This document shows positions 14,300 to 28,272 of a stretch of 64,000 nucleotides of DNA, one piece after another; the stretch's first letter is position 1, and every line of letters begins with the position of its first letter. The notes under the pieces were generated by a model that saw nothing but the letters and a program-made list of their open reading frames with translations, made no database searches and was not told where the DNA came from. Source of the stretch: the human T2T-CHM13v2.0 reference genome, Homo sapiens; assembly GCF_009914755.1 (NCBI RefSeq), contig NC_060926.1. The stretch is one strand, 5' to 3'. Position numbers and translations under genes: made by a program.

Positions 14300-15970
14300 G
14301 ACCATGTCTGTCTGGACACCCTCATTGTGCAAAGTCGCCTAGTAAAGAGAACATCTTGTGAGCCCACATCCCTCTTTGGATTCCCACTGCCTCCACTCCT
14401 CTCTTGAATGCACTTGTGTCATGAGGTTGTCCTTACACTCCACTGGGACTGTTCTTGTCAGGTGGCCTCTATGGGTCAGTTCTGAGTCTTCACCTTACCT
14501 GGCCTATCAGCAGCTTTTGCACAGTGCCTCACTCCTCAGATTCTTTCCTCACTTGGTTTCCGGGGGCTTCTCTCTCGGCTGTCTTCTACACTCCTGCCAA
14601 CTCCTTCTCAATTGCCATTGCTTCTTGTCCATCTTTCTAACTTCTAAACGTTGAAGGTCCCCACATCCAGCATCTGATCACTTCTTTTCTCTATTTGCAT
14701 TTATTCCCTAGGTGGTCTTATTGGGTCTCATGGTTTCGAAGACCATTCAAAGGCTGAAGTCTGCCCAATCTGGACCTGCAACCAGTGATCTCTTTTGAAT
14801 GCATATTCTCACAGCAGCTACCTGCTCCATGTCTCTACCTTGACACCTAAAAGGCTTCCCAGAGATGAAATGTCCGAAATCCAGCTCCCGATTTCGAACA
14901 CTCAGTCCCAGTCCTGCCCCCGCTTCCAGAAAATAGCATCTCTATGTTTCTAATTGGTGAGGCCCCACATTTTAGAGTCATCCTTAATGTTTGCTTTCTG
15001 CTTACCATCCTTCATGATCCATCAGCAAATAGTATCAGATCTACCTCTCAGCATATACCCAGAATTTGACCATTTTTAACCATGGACACTACTCCTGAAA
15101 GTTTGATGGTCTGAACTCCCTTCTGCTCTCCCTAGTTCTTCCTAACTGGTCTTGTGGCCCCTGTTCTTGCCCTCTGACAGTCTAATTCTGAACCTAGCAG
15201 TGGATGGACTCTTTTATGATGCAAGTCATAGCATGTCACTCTTCCACTTAAAACCTCCCAATGGTCCTGCTTTTACCTTAATCCCACTTAAGGTAAAAGT
15301 CAAAGTCCTTAGGACAGTGTGGTTGTCCTAGAGCTGTGCACCACGTCTCCCTTCAACAGCACCTGCTGTGACGAGGGTGGTTGGTGGACAGCCCCCAGCA
15401 CTGCACCTTCAATTGCTGGGGTGTTCCTGCTGGGTCCACTCTCTGGGCTGCACCTGCCAATCAGTAGGCATGGTGAGGGTACTGAGCCAGCCAGGCTATT
15501 TCTGTTTGGGATGGGACTTGTCCACTGGGGGATCTGTGCTTGAGGGTCCCCGTCACTCTGCCTGAGACGTTCTCTGGCCTGCACTGCTGCCGTGCCTCTT
15601 CCTCCACAGCCCTCCTTCCTTCCCCCTTTCTTTCCAGAGGTGTCAGACTGGCAGCACTGTGGTCTGAGAGCACTCCCTTCACATCCCTGCTCACATGCCT
15701 CCTTGTCTGAGAAATTCCCTGACTACTCTGGGAACTAGCAGTGCTGCCCCTCTTTTTCCACTCCCCTGGGCCTGGTTTATGTTTCCTCGTATTGCTCATC
15801 ATCAGCTGACGTAGTCTTTTCTGATTGATTATAATTGCCTGTCTCTCCCAAGAGGGTGCATGCTCCATGGGATGGTCTGTCTGTCTGTTTTGTTCATTGC
15901 AGCATTCTCAGCACCAGAACAGTGCCAGGCACTCAGGTGACAGCCTAACATATACTTGTCCAATAAATGA
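14300..15970 (+). mobile_element. L2 LINE fragments (discontinuous)
   Basis: Pyrimidine-rich L2 motifs: catcagcaaatagtatcagatctacctc, catgtcactcttccacttaaaacctcccaatgg, ttgttcattgcagcattctcagcaccagaacagtgccaggcac. Confidence 0.6.
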
Positions 15971-16084
15971 CAAATTGAGTGACAAAACTCTTGGGTTTTA
16001 TTCTAGCTGATATCTAGGGAAAATTATCTTGAGACCAGAGTGCAGGTCAGCTGGACCTTACCTAAAGATCTCTCTCTCTCTCTT

Positions 16085-16685
16085 TTTTTATTAGCAACTT
16101 TAGTGAGAGATAATTCTCATGCCATACTATTCAGACATTTAAATCACTCAATTCAATGGTTTTTAGTAGATTCTGAGTGTGCAACTATCACCATAGTCAA
16201 TTTTTGAACATCACCTACTAGTCTTCCCCTCACTACCTAGTCCGAGGCAATCCTAAATCAATGTAATCCCTGTGTCTTTGATTTGCCTGTTCTGGATATT
16301 TTATATAAATGGAATCATATAATATATGGCCTTTTCTTTCTGGCTTTTCACTCAGAATAGTGTTTTCAAGCTTCATCCATGTTGTAGCATGTGTCAGAAG
16401 TTCATTCTTTTTTATGGTTAAATACTATTCCACTCTGTGATTACACCATATTTTTGCTTGTCCATTCATCAGACGATGGGCATTTGGGTGGTTTTCACTT
16501 TTTGGCTAATATGGATAATGCTGCTGCTATGAACATTCAGTTATAGGTTTTTGTGTGAACACTTGTTCTCATTTCCTTTGGTTATATACCTAGGAGTGGA
16601 ACTGCTGGGTCATAAGGTAACCATATATTATTTAACTTTCAGCGCAACTGTCAGACTGTTTTACAAAGTGGCTGCACCATTCTAA
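16085..16685 (-). mobile_element. L1MB-type 3' fragment
   Basis: aactttagtgagagataattc...catccatgttgtagcatgtgtcag...atatacctaggagtggaactgctgggtcata...caaagtggctgcaccatt. Confidence 0.88.
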
Positions 16686-18454
16686 TGATCCCTTACGACT
16701 TGAATGATCTTTAAATTCTACCCTTGACTACCTCTATGATTTTAAAAATTAATATAATTTAGAGCAGTCCCCAGGGTTCCTCTTAAGATACAGGACTTTA
16801 AAAATGGAATTTAACCAAAGAAATTGAATGGCTTGCCACTCAGTGCTGGTACTCAGTGCTCTGGAATTCATTCGGCAGCCAGATGTATGGAATCTATAAT
16901 ATGTTAATCAGGAAGGCAGAGTGGTGCCCTCACCAGGGAAGGCCTTTCAATTTCAGCAGCATTTACTTATTGATTGTGAAAACCCAGGGAAAGAGGGGGC
17001 GGCTTTCCCAGAGGCTTTCCTGTAGTCTTCTTTAATGCTGTCTAATTTTGAAAATGGGCCCGGGATGTGCCGAGAGGGCCAAATTCAAAGTGGGGATGGT
17101 GGTAGCACCTTGGCTTTGTGCTTCTTCTTGGCAGGGATCTCCAGTGCGAATGCCCTTTGGTATAAAGACACTGCACAGCAATGTACAAGTGACTGCAAAG
17201 TTAGGTTTCTCCCCAGCGCAGACACAGTCTGCTAGAAGGAGTGCGGCTGTGAACTCAGAGACACGTGCAAATGTAAGTCTGACTTTGCTAGAAGAGCCCA
17301 AAGAGCTCAGTCTCCAAAGGCCATGATGGGGCCAGGGAAGGACCCTGTGTGGTCCAATTTATTGATTCAAATGTACTATGCAATAAAACGACACAAGCAA
17401 CAGAAGATCACATTTGCTTATAAACATGAGAACAACTCAAAATGAGAGTGAAAGGTGAAAATGCCCCTTCGTATTCCTCCTACAGCCTCTCTGCCCTCAC
17501 TAGCCCCCAACCGCCTGCCCTGCTGCAATCACCCTTAGCAGAGGAGTGGGCATCCTGCCACACCTCTTCCAAAAGATCCCCATCTGAAGGTTATTTTTTG
17601 TCCCCAGTGTCTGAAGGGGTGTGCCTGTCATCTGTTACTTGAAGGACCCCTTATTGCTACTAACTGATCCCTAAAGTATTCCAAGTTCAGAGAATGATAC
17701 AAAATATTTCCTAACGTTCCCTATGGGGTGTCTTTTAGCTCAGCCAAGTGGGAGGAGTGCTCTTAAGTCTCACTATGCCCTCCTTCCTTGTCTAGTCTTC
17801 AGTCAGTCTCTTGTCCATCTGCCAAAGACTCTAGGGGCAAGGCTGGAAGACACACTCCCGGCCCCATCCTTGGATGGTCATGGTAGGTCACATCCTGTAC
17901 CTCCTTTGGAGAAAAGCTCCTACATGCCAGGCAATGTCTCCTGCTCTACTGATTGCCTTTGGTATGCTATTGAACTAAAAGCCCCTTTCCCGTTTCCCAG
18001 GGGTGAGGATGGGATTGAGCAAAGGGGATGGAAGGGAGTGAATTCTGTTCTGTCTCACACACATGTATATGCACAGTCACATGCACACACTTTTGTATAG
18101 TTTTTTTTTTTTTACATAAATGTGATTATGTTTTGAGAATTGTTTTGCAACTAGCTTCCCCACCCCACACAATATTATGTCTTGGAGACTGTATGTTAGT
18201 ACTCATTCTTTTTAAGCACTGCCTGGTGGTCCATAGTGTGGGTGTCCATATTTTATGTAACCAGTGTGTTGAGCAAGCATGACTAGAGGGCTATAATCAG
18301 AATACAACTTCATTTTACTTCCCACTATTTCTTCAAATGTTGTCAGGGAAGAGTTTCCCCCATGTCTTAGATAAAAACTCAGGTGGTCCCATGACTAGGC
18401 TATTTATTCGTAGGTCTCCTTAAGCAGCAGAACAATATTTCTCCCCACCTCCCA

Positions 18455-19555
18455 GGTTTATTGCAGTATAACTGACAAATAAAAATCATATATATTTAGG
18501 GTGTACAATGTGATGTTTTGACATATGTATACATTGTGAAATGATTAAATCAAGCTGAGTAACATATCCATCACCTCACATGCTTATCATTTTTTTTTGG
18601 GTGAGAATGCTTACAATACAATCTACTCTTAGCAATTTTCAAGTGTACAATACAGTATGGTCAGCTATAGTCACCATTCTGCACATTAGATCTCTAGAGC
18701 TTCACTTATAGCTGAAAGTTTGTACCTCTGACTGATGTCACTCCATTGGTGACCCCCAAGCCCTAGGCAACCAGCATTCTATTCTCTGCTTTTATGAGTT
18801 CAATTTTTTTTTAGGTTCTAAGTGTAAGTGAGATCATGCAGTATTGGTCTTCCTGGGTCTGGCTTATTTCACTTAGCATAATGTCCTTCAGGTTCATCCA
18901 TATATTTTTTTTGTTTTGAGATGGAGTCTTGCTCTGTCACCCAGGCTGGATTACAGTAGTGCGATCTTGGCTTACTGCAACCCCCGCCTCCCAGGTTCAA
19001 GTGATTCTCTTACCTCAGCCTTCTGAGTAGCTGGGATTACAGACGCCTGCCACCATAACCAGGTAATTTTTGTATTTTTAGTAGAAATGGGGTTTTGCCA
19101 CGTTGGCCAGGCTGGTCTTGAACTTCTGACCTCAGGTGATCCACTCACCTCAGCCTCCCAAAGTGCTGGGATTACAGGCATGAGCCACTGTGCCCGGCCG
19201 GTTCATCCATATTATTGCAAATGATAGGTTTCTGCTTGTTTAGGTGGAAAAATATTCTATTGTTTAAATAACAGTTTTCTTTATCCATTCATCCATTGCT
19301 GAACACTTAGGTTGCTTCCTTTGCTATTGTGACTAATGCTGAAATAAACATGGGAGCGCAGATAACTCTTCAAGATATTGATTTTGTTTCTTTTGCATAT
19401 ATACTCAGAAGTAGGATTCACAGATCTTACAGTGGTTATATTTTTAACTTTTTGGGGAACCTCCATACTGTTTTTCATAATGGCTGTGCCAATTTACATT
19501 CCCATCAACAGTGTTCCAGGGTTCCCTTTTCTTAACACCCTTGTCAACACTTGTT
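18455..19555 (-). mobile_element. L1MA-type 3' fragment, split by an Alu
   Basis: tgacaaataaaaatcatatatatttagggtgtacaatgtgatgttttg...ctccatactgtttttcataatggctgtgccaatttacattcccatcaacagtg. Confidence 0.9.
18904..19199 (-). mobile_element. Alu, AluSx-type
   Basis: Complete antisense dimer; 13-bp TSD ggttcatccatat (18891-18903, 19200-19212). Confidence 0.96.
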
Positions 19556-21159
19556 ATAGCAAAACAGTCTTGATTCAGAAATTAGAATGTGTAATCCAAC
19601 ATATTAACTTTTTAATCCTGTCTCCTGCACCTGCCTGGCTGTGGCATGGGTGTGGTTGGGCCACCAGACTTTGCAAAGGAAGTGTTGGCGGAGTGGTCAC
19701 CTTCTTCTTTCTTTCTTGTTACCTCATTCAGGGTTAAACATGGGAAGGGAGGAGGAGAAAGGGAGTATAAAGTTCCACGTCGACTGATCCTGTCTCAAGA
19801 TGACGTTGAGTCCACCTTCAGGGACTCCTCCGACTTCAGCTCCTCTGATGGGGCAGAGTGTTGGGAGTCTCTGGCTGCTGCTTTCCCTGGGGCCCTTGTT
19901 TCCTGCAGTCCTCTCCACAAGTCCTGGCTTATTAGAGACCCTCCACCCTTTCAGGTGACCCTTCAGGCTGGCTCTCTCTTGAATGGCCCACCTCTGGGTC
20001 ACACGAAGCCCTCACATATCCTTGCCTGACACATTCTAGGAGCACCAGCCATCCCAGCGCAGCCACCTTCCCCAGGCCCCAATACTGAAGCTGCTCCCTT
20101 TCACTCACCTCTGGATTTCCTGGACAGGATTCAGACTGTGTTTCCCAAACCCTAGGGACACACAGCAAGCTCTCTGAGTGTTGACAGGGAAGTATGTCTC
20201 TCTAGATGTCTGGTGAAGGGGAGGTGCCCACTTTCCTCTACATGAGGTCTGTCTCACAGACTTCAATGGGGCTCTCCAAACATCCTTCTCACTAAATCCC
20301 TCTTCAGCTCTTTTATCACCCTCTGGGTTTGGGAAGGGGTCTCAGGATCCTGCAATTGCTGTGCAGACTCCACTTGGGTGGTTCTCATAGCTGATCTTTC
20401 ATGGAGTCTCCTGCTTGTGTGCTCTCAGTTGTCTCTTGGCACCTCAGTCAAAACTCCTGATTTAGTACTGATCACATGATGCATCCATTTCCCTACTAAT
20501 GAACATTTTGGTTGTTCTTTTAATATTTTTCCTTTGTTATATAAATACCACTGTTGTGAATATCATTTTAGAAAAATCTTGGTGCATAAGTGCATCTGTC
20601 TTTTTTTGACTGGATTCCACAAAATTCTGATAGCCTTGGTCATTTGCTTTCTTAGCTCACACAAAGATTTAGGAACTGCTTAGCAGAAATGCCTCTGTGT
20701 GAACGTGTTTGTGCCTGTGTGTACATGTGGGTGCACATGTATGCCTATGTCTATAGACTGGATTGGTGACTGATAGTTAAAAGAAATAAAGGTGTGGAGT
20801 AGGACAGAATATAGGACATCTCTGAGCTGCAGACAAATCTACACAGCCACCTGAGCCACCGTGGTGTTGGGGCAACAACTTCCCTGCCTGGGCAGCTCAC
20901 AGGGACAGCACTGGGCAGCCAGCATGACACTTCTGGGGTGTCAGTGGCAGCACAGCCAGGACACATTTTAATAAGGCACGGAGCAAATGCTGTAAACCTG
21001 TCACAAAGATTTCTAGAGGAATAGGAATGCTAATAAATTGCTGATAGTATCAGGAATAGATAATATTTAAAATAATTTAAAAGTAGATTAAAAGGGTAAG
21101 TTTCAGTTTTTAGAAAATTTGCTTATAGGAATTCACTTATTCCTTGATGGTGTAAATAA

Positions 21160-21467
<308 letters not shown>

Positions 21468-21669
21468 CAAATAAGCACTATTATAATAACGAATGACATT
21501 GAGAGCTGCATAGGGTTATTTATTTGTTTATTTTTGGTATCCAGTTGATTCTTGTTAATCATATAATCCTTCATAGATAACCTTGAGGCCTATGTATTCT
21601 CACAGTGTCATTCAAAAACATCATGTCTGACCATAAAAAGATGCTAAAAAGGAAAGACTTTATGCATCT

Positions 21670-22215
21670 ACAATATGACCCTGCTCTTCTACTTCTAGGC
21701 ATTTACCAAAGAGAAATGAAAACGTATGTTCACACAAAGACTTTGACATGAATGTTTTCAGCGGCTTTATTCATAATAGCTAAAAGCTGGAAACAGTCCT
21801 AATGTCCATCAACAGGTGAATGGGTATAAAAATGCAGTCTTTCCATACAATAGAAAACCACTCAGCAGCAAATAAGAATGAAGTACTCATACATGCAAGG
21901 ATGTGGATGAATCTCAAAATCATTACGCTGAATGAAAGAAGTCAGGCACAGAGTTCACTCTGTATGCTTCCATTTATAGAAAATGCAACGTAATTTACAG
22001 TGACAAAAAGTAGAAGAGTGGTTGCCTGCAGATGGAGGGAGACAGAAGTGTGGATTGCAACAGGGCGCAAGGAATCTTTTGGAGGTGATAGAAATGTCGA
22101 GTGTTTTGATTGTGGTGGTGGTTTCTGGGGCGTATACAACTATCAAAACTTCTGGAATTGCACCCTTTAAATGGATGCAGTTTATTGTATGTAAATTGTT
22201 TCTCAATAAACTTGA
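21670..22215 (+). mobile_element. L1MB-type 3' fragment
   Basis: agagaaatgaaaacgtatgttcacacaaagac...tttattgtatgtaaattgtttctcaataaac. Confidence 0.88.
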
Positions 22216-22478
22216 GAGGGAAAAAATACAGTCTTTCTTGAAATCTAGTTTGATTACCTTATGATTTGATGTAAGAATTAAGGGCAATAGATGTCAAATG
22301 CCCAGGACAGTGCCTGGTACACAGTGCTAGGAAAATGACAGATGTTACTGTATCACCATGGAAATAGACATGTCCACAAATGTGTTTTATGTGTACTTGT
22401 GTTCCCAGGAACTCTCTGGAAGCCCAACACATTGTTGGTCTTCTATAAATGATTTTTGATGAATGAAAGAGATTTTAG

Positions 22479-22970
<492 letters not shown>

Positions 22971-23479
22971 TAATGTGTAGAACTGGGGGCTCACAGAGGG
23001 AGCTGGAGCAGTGTGACAGATACCACCTGCCACGTTCTCCCAGAGCTGCCTGCAGGAAAGAAGAGCTTTTTCTGTGCACTGCTTGGGCAGGGGATTATGT
23101 GCCTGTGTAGCAACTTCATCTCCCAAGCATAAAATATTGATAATCTTGGCGCTGGACAGAGACCTGGAGACACCCCCTGGAAGGTACTGTTTGCCAGCAG
23201 GTAGTGAATGATTGATGAGTGGGAAATAAAATATTGATGTTCTGAGTCGCACATCAGGCCTGTTTCCACCCAATGGGGTTTGCGTCTTGTGTTATTAAAG
23301 GCAAAAATTCAGAGAATGGGTTACTTTGCCTCTGCTTGGAACATGACAGCTTTTGGCCTGCTGTGAGTTGGACATACCCCCGAATATTAAGACTGAGGAC
23401 CTCTGGAAACTTGGGAGATGGATATTGGAATCAACAACAGGAAATCCTACTTTCCCTGGGTCTGTAAAACTTACAATAA

Positions 23480-23881
<402 letters not shown>

Positions 23882-24188
23882 TAGTGTTTGGACTTATTTC
23901 TTTGCATCTAGATGTTAACTCTCAAATCTCCAAGACAAAGAACAAAGGATCATCAGGGATGGACCCAGGTTCTCTTTCTTCAGCTGTTCCCAGGAGAGTT
24001 TGGCCATCAGTCTTCCTGGGATTGGTCCCGGAGGTGGGCTTTGCATGCACATAACTTAAAGAGACAAATAGATCTACAGGAAAAACCGCCATCTCCTATG
24101 CATCCTGGGTCCCCTCCATTTGATCCTCTCCACAGATAAGCACTTTCAAAACGTCTTTAAGCTGATTATTTTTATAAAAAACAAATAA

Positions 24189-24517
<329 letters not shown>

Positions 24518-24541
24518 ACTAATTGTTGACTTTAACAATTT

Positions 24542-24783
24542 CCTTTTTTTCTTTCTTTCTTTTCTTTTCTTTTCTTTTTTCTTTTCTTTTCTTTTCTTTC
24601 TTTCTTTCTTTCTTTTTCTTCCTTCCTTCCTTCCTTCCTCCCTTCCTTCCTTCCTTCCTTCCTTCCTTTCTTTCTTTCTCTTTCTTTCTTTCTCTTTCCT
24701 TCCTTCCTTTCTCTTTCCTTCCTTCCTTTCTCTTTCTTTTCCTTCCTTCCTTCCTTCCTTCCTTCCTTCCTTCCTTCCTTCCT

Positions 24784-24820
<37 letters not shown>

Positions 24821-24861
24821 TTCTTTCTTTGTCTTTCTCTCTCTCTCTCTCTCTTTCTTTC
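24542..24861 (+). repeat. About 320-bp polypyrimidine compound microsatellite (TTTC/TTCC/TC)n, derived from an Alu tail
   Basis: Almost pure C/T run; lies inside the TSD pair of the adjacent Alu. Confidence 0.95.
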
Positions 24862-25142
24862 TGAGACAGAGCAACTCTGTTGCTCAGGCTGGAGTGCAAT
24901 GGTGCAATCTTGGCTCACTGCAACTTCTGTCTCCTGGTTTCAAGCAATTCTCCTGCCTCAGCCTCCCTAGCAGCTGGGATTACAGAAACATGCCATCACG
25001 CCTGGCTAATTTTTGTACTTTTAGTGGAGATGGGGCTTCACCATGTTGGCCAGGCTGGTCTCGAACTCCTGACCTCAAGTGATCCGCCTGCCTCAGCCTC
25101 CCAAAGTGCTGGGATTACAGGTGTGAGCCACCCTGCCTGGCC
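24862..25142 (-). mobile_element. Alu, AluSx/Sz-type (body)
   Basis: Complete antisense dimer; TSD actt(t/c)aacaattt at 24529-24541 and 25144-25156. Confidence 0.95.
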
Positions 25143-25666
25143 AACTTCAACAATTTTCGAATGATATATGGACAGCTTTGTTGAAGATGAGGTAAGGATT
25201 TGACTTGTTTATCCCACAACATAAAAACAAACACCCTTCTGTGCTCTCCATTTCCCCAATATAATTATACTAGAATTTTGGTTACAACATTATTTGGTAT
25301 TTACATTATTATGAAAATGTGAAGACATTGATAGGTGAGCAAGTAGTACACTAAGATTACACTTACTTTCTTAGGTTGCTTTTTGTTTTTCCTTAGAGTT
25401 AAGAAGCATCTTGTTTTGGGTTAGTTTGCTGAATGTTCCATCGGCTTATCATTCATTCAACCCCTAAACTCCTTGCCAATTATCTAAATTTCTCCTCAAG
25501 ATGTTCAGATGTGTCAGCTATCCTATCAGCTTTATCTCCTGAGGTCTGCTGATTTTCTCCAAGATCAACTAGTCGTCCTTTGGTCTTGGTGCACAGTGTC
25601 ATTGTAGAGTCTTTCCACATCATCCAAGGGATGCCCTCACCCCTTTCCTGTGCTGTGTCTCAAGGG

Positions 25667-25694
25667 TTTTTTTTTTTTTTTTTTTTTTTTTTTT
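25667..25694 (+). repeat. Poly(T) homopolymer of 28 nt
   Basis: Uninterrupted T run not attached to an Alu. Confidence 0.9.
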
Positions 25695-25739
25695 GGTGGG
25701 TACTTGCTTATTTTGGTGGAACACAGGCTTCATCAGCTT

Positions 25740-27700
25740 CCTGAGAAATAGTGCCAGGCAGTCACAGTATTTTTTTCAGGGGATGATTTTATATATGTTT
25801 ATGATAGTTTAGCTGAGTATAGAATTTTAAATAGGAAATTGTTTTCTTTCATAATTTTGAAGGCTTTGCTTTATTATCTTCGACCTTTTGAAAAGTTTGA
25901 AACCATCTGACTTTTTAAAATTCTTTGTTTTTGGTGACATTTCAATGCTATGAAAGCTTGTAGTCTCTTGTCTTTGTACCCAGAGATTTAAAATTTGTGA
26001 TAAAGTGTCTTTGTTTGGGTCTAAGCTCATCACTTTAGAGGTATCAGTTGAGCCAGCTCTTTTTAAAAAATCAACTTTATTGAGGTTTAATTTGCATACA
26101 ACAAATGCAAACATTTTAAGTGAACAATTTCATGAGTTTTGATAATTGTATAAAAGACTCACTCTTCTAATTCATTAGTTCTGAAACATTTTCTAGAATT
26201 ATTTCTTTGATAATCTTTTCCCTTACTGTTTTCTTTGTTGTTTCTTTTTTGGAATTTCTATTATTTGGGTATTGGACATCCTGGAACAATCTTCTAATTT
26301 TCTTGTCTTTTCTCTCTGTCAGGGAAAAGAGTTTTGGGATCCTATTTAGTGTACTCTTCTGGGTTACCTGATTCTATAAAGGCCTCCAACTCCATTGTCT
26401 TCGAGCTAAAATTGTGGAAAACTGAGATTATTGTAAATGACTGCCGTTCATAGAGATGCAAATATACTTTGTCTGGTGCAGCTGCAAATTGATATCCCTC
26501 TTTCCCCAAGAAGCTAGTTTTGCATCGATTACATATTCACTTCAGCATTCTCTATTGTCTATGTGTCTGCTCTTTGATTTCTCCACCAAACCATTTGTAA
26601 CATCTTACTGGTTCTCTTATTAATTGATGGGTTAAATAAAATCTTTGATGTGATAATTTTAACGTCTCAACTTTTTACATTTTTCAGTCTCTATCTTTTC
26701 ACTCTACTCTGGGATATTTTCTTAACTTTATATTCCAAACTTTCTACTGCATTTCTTATATGTGCTATCATATTTTTAATTTCCAAGAGCTCTTTTTGTT
26801 TCCTGAATGAGAACTTAGAAAAAGAAAACTCTGTTTTTATTTCATTGGTAGAACACTTGATCTTATTTAGCTGAGGATATTAAGGATGGTTGACTTTGAT
26901 GTTATCTTCTCTTGCATAGTTCTGTTTCTTCCAATTTGCTTTACTCTGTTTTGGCATCTGGTGTTCTTGTTGGATGTTTTATTCAGATGTCTGGCAACTT
27001 TCCCTGTTTACTCGTGATCAGTAGTGGGGGCTGTGAGACTGACAGGCGGTTTGGACACTGTGCATGGTCGTCAGTACAGCCTGATCTCGCTGGGCTGTTC
27101 CACTGGGGATCCTCTGACATCAGCATCTTTGGGTCTTTTTCTTAGAGAAGACCTTCCCCATCTCTGGTTTAGCATATTTGCACCTAGCTGACAGTGCCCT
27201 GTGAGCCTCTGAATTCTATTTGTAAATGCCCACTTCACCATTTTTAAGAAAATAGTTTCTCCACCCTGGACTATGCCTGGTGCCTTAGGTCTAAAGACCC
27301 TTTGCTTTATCCTCTCCAGAGAAGAAGCCTCCAGGTTTCTGCTTGGTGATGAGGAGCAGTCCCAGGCTGTGTGGAGCTGGGAAGGTTACTAGCTTTTATA
27401 TAGACATTTTATTCATCCTTCTGTCTTCAGCCCTATTTTTCTGCCACTTCCAGAAAAATTCTTCAATCTTTTAGGGGCAGTGCAGGGTAATTTGGGTGCT
27501 TCCTGGCTCTCCCTAGTACAACCAGCAAAGGATTCTGTGCTCTTGAACTTTCTAAATCCATTCTCACTCATTCATCTTGCCTTCCAGTTTCCAAAATTTG
27601 GATGTAGTGATTTCATCTTCTGTTTGCTCTGTCTTCATGGCTTTATGTTTTTTAAAATTCATTTCTAATTGTTTTAGGAGGGTTTTGGAGGGAACAAAAG
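25740..27700 (-). mobile_element. Ancient L1ME/HAL1-type fragments (ORF1/5' region)
   Basis: T-rich antisense motifs gatagtttagctgagtatagaatt...aattttgaaggctttgct, attatttctttgataat, atatttttaatttccaagagctc. Confidence 0.55.
26317..26664 (+). mobile_element. Solo LTR, LTR37-like (ERV1)
   Basis: Starts TGTCAGG, ends AACG (CA to CG), 4-bp TSD TCTC, AATAAA near the 3' end; flanking L1 text reads through when it is removed. Confidence 0.65.
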
Positions 27701-27706
27701 TAAAAA

Positions 27707-28272
27707 TGTCACCGAATGAACCCAGCCTCATCTAAGCAATTGGAATTTTACTTTCCCAGTTTTTTTTTCTTTCGTCTCTTTATCTATAGGCACAGCTGCT
27801 TGAAGAAACCAGGCACTGCAAGAGCTTTGTGACCCCTTGCCAAATACCAGAAGAAGATAAGACCTGCCTGGAACTGGTGCAAACTGGAACAAGTGACCCC
27901 TAGTTACCTTTAGATCATGAACATATAATTATAATGCTGAAATCTCCTCCTCTAAAAGAAAATCTCTACCATTTTGTAAACATGCGGTATATGGAGAATT
28001 ATGTTTGGGACTGCACCTGTGTGTCTGGATCTCCACCCTGCATGCCTACATCTCTCCTGGCCCGCATTTAACTCTAAGATTCCCCTGCCTCCCAACACTC
28101 TGGGGGCGGGGAATATGCCTTTAGAGCAAGAGCTACCCCTTCTCCATTCTCTGGCCATTGAATAAAACCTGATTGCTTTTTCTTTCTTTCTTTTTTTTTT
28201 TTTTCCAATTGGATGTTCTTCCTTTGCAACCTATACAAAGTACTGGAAAAAAAACTCAGTTTACCAGTGACA
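27707..28272 (+). mobile_element. Solo retroviral LTR, family not identified
   Basis: Inverted termini tgtcaccg/cagtgaca (7/8), AATAAA at 28161, LTR-like composition. Confidence 0.6.

Noticed and set aside
17030-17390. Possible exon (GTAAGT donor near 17273, AATAAA near 17382)
   Set aside because: Isolated short signals with no partner exon or coding signature; cannot be supported without transcript data.
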